A stretch of 64,000 bases of DNA, from NCBI RefSeq assembly GCF_000150275.1, contig NW_002060966.1, positions 76,415 to 140,414 on the forward strand. Reading direction: 5' to 3'. The notes under the pieces were generated by a model, which searched no databases, was not told where the DNA came from, and saw only the letters and a program-made list of their open reading frames with translations. Below, in pieces: positions 38,657 through 52,100 of the stretch (position 1 is its first letter; every line of letters starts with the position of its first letter). The translations under genes and the position numbers were made by a program. Origin of the DNA: Trichoplax adhaerens (taxonomy: Eukaryota > Animalia > Placozoa).

Positions 38657-39245
38657 TGTCACGGTACGCCGTTACTAATTAAGTAACTGTAAATTAATGA
38701 ATGCTTATGAATAGATAAGATAAGGTTATGTGCTATGTTTTAATGCGCTTGTAGCTGATAATAGGATGATAGAAATGAGATAAAAATAGAAGTTGTTAGC
38801 AGTTAATTTACTGTAGGTTTATAAGGTATGTTAATCTCTAAAAATTGAGCTGTATATGGATGAAGGTTAAGCGTCTTAACACCTGATAGCTTGTAGCTAT
38901 CTAAGTCTGAGAATATCGACATGTATATTTAGTAATGGTATTATACTAATTAATGTAACTTGTAAAGCATGAATTCTCTCTCGTTAATATTGGAATTCAC
39001 TGTAGAAACCTATTTAAGCGCGTGTGTTTGTAGAATAAAAAAAGGTAATTGCTCAAGAAACGGCTAGGCTCATATCGTGAAGAATAGTGTAATAATTAGT
39101 CAGTTGTCTGTGGAGATCAGCCGAGAAATCGAGTTCTCAAATACTTCTCTCATAGAAACTAAAAGCACTGGGAGAAATAGCCCAAGTTTTAAGTAACTAC
39201 ACTAGAGTTCTTTACTTTCCTTTGCCACAAGTGAGGGTTGTGACA
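38657..39245 (+). mobile_element. Solo LTR, family A, copy 2
   Basis: 589 bp, TGTCAC...GTGACA, 5-bp TSD ACATG (38652-38656, 39246-39250); near-identical to 9059-9652. Confidence 0.9.
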
Positions 39246-41067
39246 ACATGTCGTAATCTGACTATTCTGCATTAGTCATCTAATGTCTATATTCGTAAAT
39301 ACTGTTGTCAGTATTAAGGGAGTCGTAGCTAAAACTAATATCTAATTCAGTAAATGATTCCAAAATTAATCGTACTAACTGTGACTCATGAGCTATTGAA
39401 GAAGAATATATAAATGCAGTATATCGTGTAATAAAGTAGATTCTCAAACTTAGAGTTTAACGTAAAATACGAGGCGTCAAAGTCTTTGTGTAGTCTGCTA
39501 GTAGAGCAAGAGGGTTTTTGATAGTGCAGATATCGTTCCTTGATACGTAATTCAAGGAATTAACTTATTGATCGTACATTACATTATCTTGTTGCAAAGC
39601 TGTTTTGTGACAAATACATTTTAGGAAAAGTGAAAGGATTACTTTTAATTAATTTTTAATTAATATTAGGTATCTACTTTCAATCATAAATATCTATCTA
39701 TTTTTGTACCCTCATATAACAAACTAAAAGTCGAATCGTAAATTTAAAACTGATAACACGAATATGAGAATTTAATAATTAATTTAAAATAAATCTGTAA
39801 TATAATTGTTTATTATTTACAGATGTTGTAGCGTTGTTAAGCCAAATAACGAATTCGACAAGCTTCGATTTTATTTCCACTGAGATATCTACTTCGTACC
39901 GAAAGTAAATAGTGCTACTCTTAATTTTTTCGAAAAGCGAAATTGTATCAAAGCTACGTAGTATAGTTACCGAAGCCATGGTTACAATTCGGTCGTAATG
40001 GTATTCTTAAAGTAGCCATCCGATAGTGTTTGAATTTTGTTAAGGTTGAGGCCTCTGTAATTGTAGATTATTCCGATACTTTTTGAATACTTTTAGTAGA
40101 AGTGCAGAATACAAAGCAATGTAACTGGCAATATATTTTTACTTAGTACAGTCTGCACTATCACGAGATGTGAATATATAGAGAACTATAATGATTTCTC
40201 GTAGAACTTACAAATTTTCTAGATATGGCAAGTTTTTAAAATCGTTTTTCGCCAATTCATGAATATGGTTTTCGCTTAGGATTCTTTAGTAATAGTATTA
40301 ATAGCTTTGATTAGGCGAATCTTGAACGTAGAACTGAATTTATTTAAGAAAATAATGTATTAATAGATATTACTAGTACAAATTCACGTCGCTTTGCTGA
40401 CGGTTTACGATAATTTACTTATTTGTTAATAATTAACTGATAGTATTACCATTCGATATTATTTATATCCCGGTAATAGCTAGGCACTACTATATTCACA
40501 GCTATGCTTCTAGAATACCACTTTTCAACAATGCATTCACGGATGAAATGCTATATTAAGATTAGTTAATGGTGCAAAGTACATAATTCATTTATTTAAT
40601 TTGATTGTAATACAACAACTTTATGATATTTCTTGAACAAACCTAGTACCGTTAGAACATATCATTTTTTTCCCATGTAGTTTCAAGCTGTTTTATTTTT
40701 CAGTAGCAGGATAAGCTTGTGTTCTAATTACTCGCTAACAAATTTTTAAGACTTTTATAGACCTTATAAAGTTCATGTCTCTTACATGATTTTTAAACAA
40801 ATTTCTGTAGGCAAAACTAATTTTAATAGTTAAATTATCGAGTTATTGAAATCAAAAATCAATTTCTTTAGAGTGTGTCTATCGTACTTTTTACTTCATT
40901 GTCATTTAATACAGCATGTATTTGTTTAGAAGATTCTTCGATATATCTTTAATTTGCCATAACTCTTTTAATAGACGATGTTATTACATTCCTTTGCTAG
41001 CCCTCACTTTGCGCTAAAAGCGCATTGCAACTCGAAGAAAATATGGACACTTTTACGGCTTTATCAG

Positions 41068-41611
41068 TGTTACGGAGCCATGCTCCGAAATATTAATTGC
41101 TATGTTAATTAAAATATCTCATTCAAATTATTGTTTGCTCCAGTAGCTTATTAGATATTAATGTTTATTAATAAGTACTTGTTATTGCCAAGGTATCAGA
41201 AAGTTCAATATTGTTGACGAGTCGGAGCTAATACGCTTAGTCAGTAAACGTTAATTAATAATACCTTAAGTGTAAGTCGCTATGTCAAGAATATTCACAC
41301 GTGTACCATCGGCGTTGGCCGAGACTATAAAAAGCCGAGCACTAGCTTAGCTGCTCAGTTCCAGTCAGTCATTTGCAGGATCTTTTGACTAATTATTGCT
41401 AAGAATATTCTTACGTTTTTCTTTAGTACATTTTAAGACTAAGTTTAACGTTAATAAAGTGAAGTTTTTAAAACTATTACTCATTAGTAGCTTATTTGTG
41501 TAGCTGACAGTTAGTTCAACTACGGTAGGTCTCTAAGTTAGTTGGGAACACGAGTACTAGTGAAGATGGTGTTTAAGACCCGATTTCTTCTTACAAAGGA
41601 GATTTGTAATA
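41068..41611 (+). mobile_element. Possible solo LTR, family C
   Basis: Starts TGTTACGG like the other LTRs, with CTATAAAAAG (~41325) followed by AATAAA (~41453). Possible end TGTAATA (41611). The TSD is only approximate and no second copy lies in the window. Confidence 0.35.
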
Positions 41612-43139
41612 TCAAGTAATTCATAAATTGCTTACTTTTAATTTACCGTTACTATACGTATCTTTCAATAAAATATTAGATTTTTAATAAATTACTTGCA
41701 AAAATTATATAGTATCGGACAGTTTAAATTTAAAATAATACTGTGTCTAATAGTCTAAAAAAGACTGCAGTCACCTATATTGGGAGCAGATTAAGTTACT
41801 TTTGTTGCCTGCCATAGTCATGTTATACAAGACCGATTATATCGGACACAGCACGAGATAACCCCACAGCATTGAGTATGCATGCCAATGGACCGCAAAT
41901 AACTAATGAGCTACTCATTATTGAGCCGGGCCTAATATTTTCTTTCTCAGCTATCTTATTCGTCCTTAAAATTATAATTGACATAAAATTAATATAACTT
42001 ATCATGCTTCATGGCAACAGACGTGATATCTCGGACGGCCTTAAATGTATTAATAAGGAAAATGCTAATTTTCAATCAGTAAGCTTACCGTAGCTGGTTA
42101 TTATGCAATAGCTAAAGTAAAATTTTATCCAGTTAGGAAACCCTTAGGAGCATATATCTCTAAATCTGAGAATTTTCAATGCTTTGTACACCTTTACTTT
42201 CTTATAAGTTAAACACTAAACTTAAGAATAAACTATGCTATACGAAATTTTAGGTTCATATACGTTTTTGCGATAGCTATGTGATATAATTAGAAATAAC
42301 CACCTTCAAATAAATCGATTTAATAATTGATAATTTTATTTACAATTCTCTAGCCATCGACATGATAAAAACAAGATAGTAAGATTAATATATTCTTTCA
42401 CAGAACATTCTCGAGATTGTATATAGTCTACTTGTAAGTTAGTTAAAATCATGGTAGTTCTAGATGCAGGTGCATCGTGATGAATAATCATCATCATTAA
42501 TTTATTACATACTATGTATCGTGGTTTTTCCATGTCACGAAGTCCTTAACTCCATATTGCCATAGACTGTGATTGTATATTGCAATCACAATTAACTGAA
42601 ATTATTACATAAGTTAATCCAAGCTACCATATACGGTCATTAATTTTAGCGCCACTGATTGCAATTAGAAAATGCTATAAGATATGCTAGTTAACCTAAA
42701 TTAAAAGCTATCCGAACAAGACCAAGCTAACAAAATTACCCTAACGTAAGCATTAACATAGTTTTAATCCCTGTAAGATGCAATTAACATTGAATAACTA
42801 GGAAATGCCTTCATATAATTGGAAATTTAGATAGTAAGCCCTTATGAAAAGTATATTTTAATATAATCATACAGATAATTTAATCGTAAAATCTATGTAC
42901 GGTATACTTAGAATGATCATATAATTAATTAATTATAATTATATTCTTTAGCTAGCTCAGGGCGAGTACATTTCTTAATAGCTTCTTTGCTAAGATATTT
43001 TGAATCTTAAGAATTATACAAACTTAATTATTTTAGACATAAACTATATTTTATAATCCGCTAGTCTTGCTGAGATATTCAAACTTGTAGAACATTTAGA
43101 GCAAGTCATTCTAGCTAAGATTTTAATTGGTAGCACGAA

Positions 43140-46100
43140 TTAACTAGTAGGATGTACGGAAACTGGCCGCGAAATTGTTAATTTTTTAGAACGTTTCATG
43201 CTCATGAAAAGATAAATAAATGGACTGATAGTTGCATTTAGAGGTAAAGATAGAAAAGCTACCGATTGCAGCAGTCTAGCATTGATATATCCAGTAGATA
43301 TATAACTATGGAACAAAATTACGTAGTAAGGTAAAGTACTAAAGAAATAAACTAGAAAAAGTAAAATTGATTGAATACCGATAGTATGATTACTCTCGGT
43401 ATGTAGCATTAAATTATTTAGGCGACGAATTTTTACTAATCTTATGGCTATTAAGAAACAGATAATACCAGCTAAAAGGATTGCAATGCTTGTTACAATG
43501 GTTAAAGTCATCACCCAATAATTCTGCAATAAATCATGTTCGTTAATTGTCATACAAAAGCCTGCAATATCATTATTATATTGATAGACTGATTTCCTTG
43601 ATGAAATAATAACTGGTATCGCGGAAAAAATAAGAAGAATCAGCCAGATTATACTAGCTGTGCGCAATGCTGTAGATTTGGCTAATTGGAATGTTGTAGA
43701 GCTAGAACTGAGAAGAAAATAATGAATGCTTACAATTAATGTAAATGTAGCAGATGCTGCTAGAGATAAATGAATAACGGTGAAAGCAGCTAAACAAGGT
43801 CCGCTCGCCATCCAATTTTCGGCATAACGACCGTATAGCTGCGAATGTTGGTTTAAATCAGTAACACCAATAATTAGGTAGTACAAAATCATACATAAAT
43901 TTGAAAGATTTAAATTATCCACTAAAAACATGTGTAAAAAATTGGAACGGCGATTTCTAATTCCGTAATGTCGAATCCATATAAGAACATTTCCAAGTAA
44001 AGATACACTGGTAACAAGCCAAAGAAATAATCTAGTACTTGAGTGAGCTATTAGATCAAGACATGACGATAGCCGGTTTGGATTTAGATGTGGCCGGCAT
44101 AAAGTCACGGTTGCGGGGACCTTACAACACAAGAAATCTCTCTGGCTGAGCCTATGAAAAAGATTGGAGTTTTCTAAATCTACTTTCTATAAACTATTAA
44201 GGAAAGGTATTCAGAAGAAACTATTTCTTGTTTTAAATTTCGATTTATAACACTGTCACTAAATCAACACAGCTTACACACGTACACCGTTTGCAATGCC
44301 GCCGCACCGTTGAAGGTAGTCCAAGACAGGTAGAACAACTTATTTCCAGTTAAATATCTNTTTTAATGAATAAAGAGAATAACAAGTCATCTTTNNNNNN
44401 NNNNNNNNNNNNNNNNNNNNNNNNNNNNNNNNNNNNNNNNNNNNTCTACTAATTAAAACTTTAGCCATTAATAGATCAATTCACCTTTAGATTACCTAAT
44501 TCGGGCTGAAATAAATTTAGAATAAATCTTACAATTTCGACAGATATTCCATCCCTTTCAAACATCGGTCATGGAGGCTCACAATTTGGTTATTGCTTAC
44601 GTCTCTAATGAGCGCAATGAATTATATTTATACCTTAAATAGGCGTTGCAACTAGTTTATTAGCATGCAAATACGAAAGCATGTAAGATACCATACAAGA
44701 TCTGTAGCCTTGGAAATGTTAATGCCAAATTGGTTGCACAAAGTGACTGGATGTTATTTCTTGCTAAAGTTCTATTTATAAAATATTTTAACAGTATCTT
44801 AGTCTTTGTATTTGGATGTTGACGAACTTAGCATCAGTTATTTTATCTGTAGACCGTTAACGTATTAACATCTCATTTTAAACATAGGTAGAATAAACAT
44901 AGAAGATAAATTTAATTAAAAATTCATTAAAAATATAAAATTTTACAAACTTAAGCTTGTATTAATTCTATATATGTAGCTTGCAACGTTTTAATGGTAG
45001 TATTCTACTAGTCCTCTTTGGTTAAAATTTATTAATATACAGTATAGCGGTACGTATGTAGATGACAAATTTATTTTATCCTTAAGCTCTTCGGATAAGT
45101 ATATGATTGTTCGTCAGTTTAATTATTTCTTACAATATTTTCAGATATAGAAATTGCATATTCGCTGTAGAAAGGAAATCACTTAAACTATTGCCAGCCA
45201 AATACCTCCAAAAAAACATGAAATAATGCATGAAGTAAATAATACATTTTAAAGATCACAGTAATTTGTGCATGATGTTATAGTTACAAATTATAAACTA
45301 TTTAGTATGTTAATCTTTAAACAGTAGTATGCTACAAACCGATAAAAATTAAGCTAATTTCTCAATGCTTAACTTACAGGTTATTTAAGATAGTCACGCT
45401 CATCTTAGTTTGATTATCAGATCGGATTGTTGTTAAGTTATTATTATTTAAAATCCTAAAAAAACACATACAGTAATCAACTCGTTAAATTACTACGGTT
45501 TTTAAAACTTAAGAATTTTTATAATGCGAATATGTATCATAATTTTAAAGAAATGAAATATACTTCATTATAAGTGTAGTTATTATAAACTATCAAACTA
45601 GAAAGTTCGTAGTGACGTTGTTGTAAATAGGTCTCTTGATGAGTGAATCATGTAACTGCTTTCAACATTACGTAAAATATAATGCTTACACAGTACTCAA
45701 AAGCCGGAAGATAGACCAGGCACCGACTGGAATTTCAGAAATATGGCAATTGCTAGCATTTCTATCATATCCCAAGAAAATCAAAAATTATAATCAGAAG
45801 ACAATTTTTTTATTAGATATTCTGATTACAAAATTATGTAAATATATAATGCTAAAAGAAGAAAAATTTCAGCATGAACCTAAATACGATAGAACTGAAC
45901 CATAGACAGCCAAAGAATATACATTAAGACTAACTATGATCATAAAAATGTCTTATGATTAACTATAAATATTCTACATTTATTAACATCGTTACGTTAA
46001 TTTAATTAATTTACCTGTAAAAATATCAGGGTTGTGAAATTAAAGCAAGTAAATGTCTTAAAAAATTACTTATAGCTTCAATAAAATGTATATATATACA

Positions 46101-49100
46101 GATTTGAAATTAAATTATCTATTTTACATCCTGCCGTCAACTTACATTTTCTTCAATTTCGGAATGTGGATTGAAATAAATTTTAATAAAGTTGAAAACA
46201 CCACGGGATTAAAGCTTACATCGCTATGCAAATGATCATAATTCAACGGTCAGGAAACATCAAAATTCAATAATAAATTTAAAAGTAAGACTTACATAGC
46301 ATGCAAATTCTTGAAAGGTCCAATAGTTGATAAATTATATATGGCTATCTCGGCAATATTCCTAATACCATTAATAGACGATGCCTTTAAAATTTTTATA
46401 CCCATACATTATTAAGCTTCAAAATAAAGATGTCTCTAAGATTAGCTAAACAGTATTATATTTCCAAATGGCGTTAGCTGATAAAAATTATTGGAGAAAT
46501 TCTGTTATCTTCTTTAATTTAAATATTAAAGTACAGAATACGAAAACTCCTACAACCGGTATAATTAATGTACAGCTATAGCTAATATTTGATTCTACAA
46601 ATAAACATACTGTAGCCTGATTGTTAACCAATCTGCGAAATCCGGCATTTTAGGCATTTTGCAAAATACCTAAATTATTTCAGGTATTTTGTAAAATGCC
46701 AGATATTGTAAATTGCCGGTAACTATAGATTTTTCTTTACGTAAATCTTGTCATAAAGCTGGTTTATGGCAATTAAAAATAAACGATTAAAAATGAAAAG
46801 TGTACAAATTAAAAGTCCATATGAGAATTATTTGAAACTCACAAAATTCTTAATTCCTTTGAATTTTCTAATGTAGTCCAGATCAGTTTCGAGTCTTCTC
46901 TTAATCTATTTTGGCTTAAATCTCTGAAATATAATCTATTGTCAATTAGGAAGGCCTGCCAAATAGCTCAAATTAGCAACCTCAATAACTTGATATTATC
47001 TTTTATTCATAGCTTACTTATGTATTGACTTACAAATAATTTAATTTTTTGAGGATCTGGTAACAATTTGAATGAATTGCAGAAATGCGGTTGTCAGCAA
47101 GATTTCTGTAGTAGAACAATTGCATAAATGTTAATCTGAATATTCCCGAAACTTTTTAATTCATCAAAACTTGAAACTTAAGTTATCTTTACAAATTTTG
47201 GGTAGAATTAGGGAAGCCATGGCAAGATAATTTCTTTATTTGATTGCCAGCCAAGTCACTAGATTTTATAGTTTAAGGATAAATAAATCGAAAGAAAAAA
47301 ATTTATAGATTACTGTTGCATGATGTCCTTACCTCAGTCTTTACATATGGCTTTTTAAATTTATAGCATACTTTAGCTGCAATATTAGAGACTACTTACA
47401 GCGTTAATAACTTCTGATCACTTAAATTTCCAATGTTAGATATATTGTTATTGCGTAAATTTCTGTAAGTTATTGTCAAGATTTTACGAATTGATGTCGT
47501 CAAGAGAAAAAATCCGTGCTTGAATAATTAATAGTTTTTACGATATTGCTATCAATAACTTACAAAATCATTAAGTTTGAAAATGTTTTAAATGACATAT
47601 CTAAAGTTGAAATAATTTGATTTCCTTGCAAATATCTATACCGAATAATATTTTTGAAAAGCAATTATAGTTTATTGTCTCTTTATTGTTAGAAAGGGAA
47701 TATCAAGTCATTTCAAACAGATATTCGAGTACTATATGTACCTTTAAAATTTTAAATGATAAAATTAACTAAGGAAATAAAATCTTGCAAATGGTAAAAG
47801 CTATACAACTAAATTCTATCAAAGCTAAGCAAATTATTTCACTATTTTTTTATAGCTAGGAAAATTAAAATTAGTCAACTAGTATATACTTACAATTCTT
47901 GTAAAAAGGGTACGAAACCAGCAATTTGGTTAAATATTTTTGCCTTAATTAATTGGTTTTCCGCTAAATTTCTTCATGAATTTCGGGATAAATTAAGAAA
48001 TTATAGCAAATGAATCATATTCAAGTACAGAAAGGCAGCAATTAAATTGTCAAACGTAAAATGAACTATAAAGCTAGATAATGCAACCATTTCAACTACT
48101 GGGCACCACAGTCTGCCATATTTTATTTATGTTATTTTTAGTAAGCAGCAATTAAAAGTACTACAATTTCACACTTTTAGAGACTGTAGTAAATGTGATA
48201 AACCCTATATTGACGATAGAATAAGCCAATATTTGAGTTGCTAAAATAAAATTATCCCCCAATGTGGCACACAAATAGATACAATCTACAATTAATTTAT
48301 AGGGTTGAATAATATTACCATATTTTTAGAACGCAAACTGCTATAATTACAGACATTACTATATAATAGTCACATTATCGGTTACAAATTTACATCGTCT
48401 TCAGTGTTGTTAACGTTCCTGTAAAAGTTTCACTAGAAATCGAGCTGATTAAATTCTTTCTTAATGATCTACAAGAATTAAAATAAATCCGCCACAAATT
48501 TGCTAATTCCCTAATCTCTCACTTTACATTATAGAATATATGCTAAAATTAGTTACAATTTTTTTATTCTTGTGCAATTCAGGAAACTCAGCTCGAAGAT
48601 TTCGATATTGTTATTATCCAAATTTCTAGGTGAAAAATAAATGAAACTCAACAATTTATTACAAAATCTTCTAATTTATACTAAAATGAATAAGACTAAA
48701 AGTACATAGTAGTTCATGTTAGAGATATAGCTATAAGCGATATGCCTGCAAGATTTTGATATTTTATCATGAACTTTATGTTGAACATATTGTTGAATAT
48801 TCATACTATCATAGTTACTTTTTAGTAGGAAAACTAGAGCGTTGGAAGGTGTTAAATGAACTGAAAGGTGCTGTTAGCAACTTTCTTATAAATTTAGAAA
48901 AATTTAATACTTACAGATGCTCTAGTTCAGCAAGATTTGAAAAGTCCGCGTAATCAATGTTTTTAATGTTGTTCTCGCTTACAGATCTGTAAAAGTAAAC
49001 TTAAATTTACATTAAAGTAGATATTTCAAGGTAAGAACCCTCGCTAGATAACAGGTACTCCATACCCGAATATTTGAGAAGAATCCTTAAATTAAAAGTA

Positions 49101-52100
49101 CATAGAAGAATGAAATTTTCAAGTTATGCTAGCCCATTAATATTTGCATTAATTTCTTACCCTTTCTGGAATAATAATAAATATATGACTTTGAAAAATT
49201 TCGTCTCGAACACTTTAGCAAACTTACAAAAATTTAATCGTTTTCAAAGGTTCGAGAAAATACAAATGTTGCAGCTGATTGGATGAAACAAGCCTAAGTT
49301 GTTATACATATATATAACGCATTTTGATAAATCGTTACCATGAATTAGCAAAGAAATATAAATTTTAAATTGCTAGTAACAAATATGGTAATGTATAAGA
49401 AATTTTAAATTATTTCCATGCTATATGCAGAACTGAGATATTAAGAGCCTTGTATTCATACTAACAAATTGCGGAGAGATTCCATTTTTGCGAAAGTGAA
49501 TGTCTCGACTGATTTCAAGCGATTCGATGAAATATTTCTAGAATATGCAATATTAACAAGTTAAAGGTTTGATAATTATTCATAGTCAAGAAGGGATATA
49601 AATATATCATAATAGCTTGAGAAGATGAAATCAAACATTATCTCTTAATCTTGTCAAATTTCATTTATAGATCTCTTAGTACTTTCATGCGATTGCGTTA
49701 ACTCACAAAGTTTGCAGCCTATTGGCATTCGTTAATTGTGCCAAAGGTTTGGATGCATCCAGATATCTATAGCGGTTTCCTGATAAATCGCTGGCATTGT
49801 AAGCAAGCAGTCTAAGCATGAGGATGGACAATTTCTGCATTTACAACTTACAAAATGGGGTGTATCAATAATACTTACAGATTTAGCAACATTGTTTTCT
49901 CATCTAAATCAATTTTATCATCCTCCTTAATTTCATTATGGGAAAGATTTCTGAAAGGAAATTATCCACTGTTATTCATTTCAAATTTTTAAAGCTCGAT
50001 GTTATTAAGGAATGCCCGTAAAAATTATTCGTCATTACAGCGACGCATCATATATTTAATTGTGTTAATTGCTACATTGCATCTGTTACTCATGAATTAC
50101 CGTATAAATATTACATGTTATTGTGTTGTTAGTCTTAGAAGATTTTGATTTCAACACGAGTAGTTATTATGGATTATACATTAATTACTAATAAAATTTA
50201 TAATATTAATACATGATCTTATGTGATTAAATAAATTTTAGTCGTGGAGATGCCCAATACTCTACTGTATAGGAAATCATCAGAAGTGTAATCTTTAAGT
50301 AGATAATTCGTAAGATAGAATACGAATAATAATTGCTATTTGAAGAAAATTATTCGAAAATGATTCAAATATGATTAAATGCGAACCATTTCGCAGTAAA
50401 CACATTTAGCTAAAGGCTTATTTAAGAGGTGCAGATAATTGATTATCAGTAAGCAATTTGATCCGAAAATTGTTTAAATTCTATAGTTAAAAAATTTTCT
50501 GTAGAAGACCTGAAAATAGTGCTCCTCTGTCTCTTAAAAGTTATTCGCATGTTAAGTCATTTGATAGGTATTTAATCAAGTGCTAAAATAGACTATAAAC
50601 GTTAGCGAATTTATATATGTAGTAAACCTACAAACTTTGAAGGCGTATAAGCTCGAAAGCGAGATGTCCACGGATACCATTATTCGATAGATCTCTGCAG
50701 ATGTTGCAAAATAATACAGAAAATATAGCTCTCAAGTTAAATATTTTTATTACATAGAGATATATATGATAGTGTCTCGATACAATATCAAGCTAATCTT
50801 ATGCCATGCTATGCTTCTGTAATAATTCTGATTGGCCGTACTTACAGATATAGAATATTTATCTTTATCAATTCATTAACATGGCTTGAAAATCCGTTAA
50901 TAATTGCAAACTTTGCCTTCGACAAACCGCTTGAAAAATAGATAATGATAACTAGGGTGAATCAAGATCTAAGGGACAATGAATTTCCTACTAACAAAGT
51001 ATTCAATGGCTTAGCTACTCTCTTGTCTTAAACTTTTTCAAACATTCTAGTTTCATAATACAATTTTACGCTAGCTAAATCAGTCATCAATAATATCAGC
51101 ATGTTTACATTTATATCTTAAGTAAATCTCAAATTAAGTCTCAGTGAATCTAGAAAATTCTTTTGGTTATCATTTTTTAGCAGAAAAAGAAGTAATAAAG
51201 TATATTTATGAAATCTATGCGCATTTATACCAGCATAATTTAATATTCATTAAGTGTGATGCAGTTTTATCACGAACTATAATCACAATTAAATTCAAAT
51301 TAAAAGTCGTTGTTCAAATGCTTGTAGCGATAAATTTAGCAAAAACTAATAAAACTTGATGTAGCTTGTATTTTGAAGTACTGCTATAAATGTTTTTGCA
51401 ACGTAAAATAAAATACCTCGATACCGTATTATCCATACTTAAATCATAAAGTAAGCTAGGTATTACTCAGTCACAGATGTATTACTTGAGCTAAGAGTTT
51501 TGCAAGATTAGTACTTTTCTTATTAGTAGGACATTTATTCCGTTGACCAGAATACAATGCGTACTCCAGTTGATCATTTCATCATGTGCCCATTAATTTA
51601 TTAGACTTTCGTATGTCTTATTGTTAGCGTTAATACAACTTACAGTCATTTCTTTACATTCTAACATTTATACTGGTAAATGTGCAATCAGAGGATACTG
51701 TAATTCAATTCAATAACAATATAACGTATAGCATCCTAATGTAAGAAAATAACTGTTACGAAAGTAATCTTTGTGACGTATACCTTATTTCTATGTTATG
51801 TTCTATATATGTTTTACGGTCTCTTTGATTGTAATTTTAGTAATTAACAGTTGATATCCTTAATTCAGCATTACATAGACTAAAATAGTAATTGACAACC
51901 AGCTAAACTGGTTATATCTATCACCTCCAAGTTGTTAAGGTTCAAAGTACTATTCCTAAGTTTCGAGGAAATGTCTTAATATGATAGCTATATACGTATC
52001 TGTTATACTATTAATAAGCGTTGATTATTTTAATACTGTTATAGTAAATTTAATAAGACTGTATCTAATCTGTACTGTACAGATATCAACGGCGAGTTTG

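Noticed and set aside
9059-39245. One giant 30-kb LTR element bounded by the two family A LTRs
   Set aside because: Each LTR has its own distinct TSD on both sides, and the interior holds host genes rather than gag-pol.
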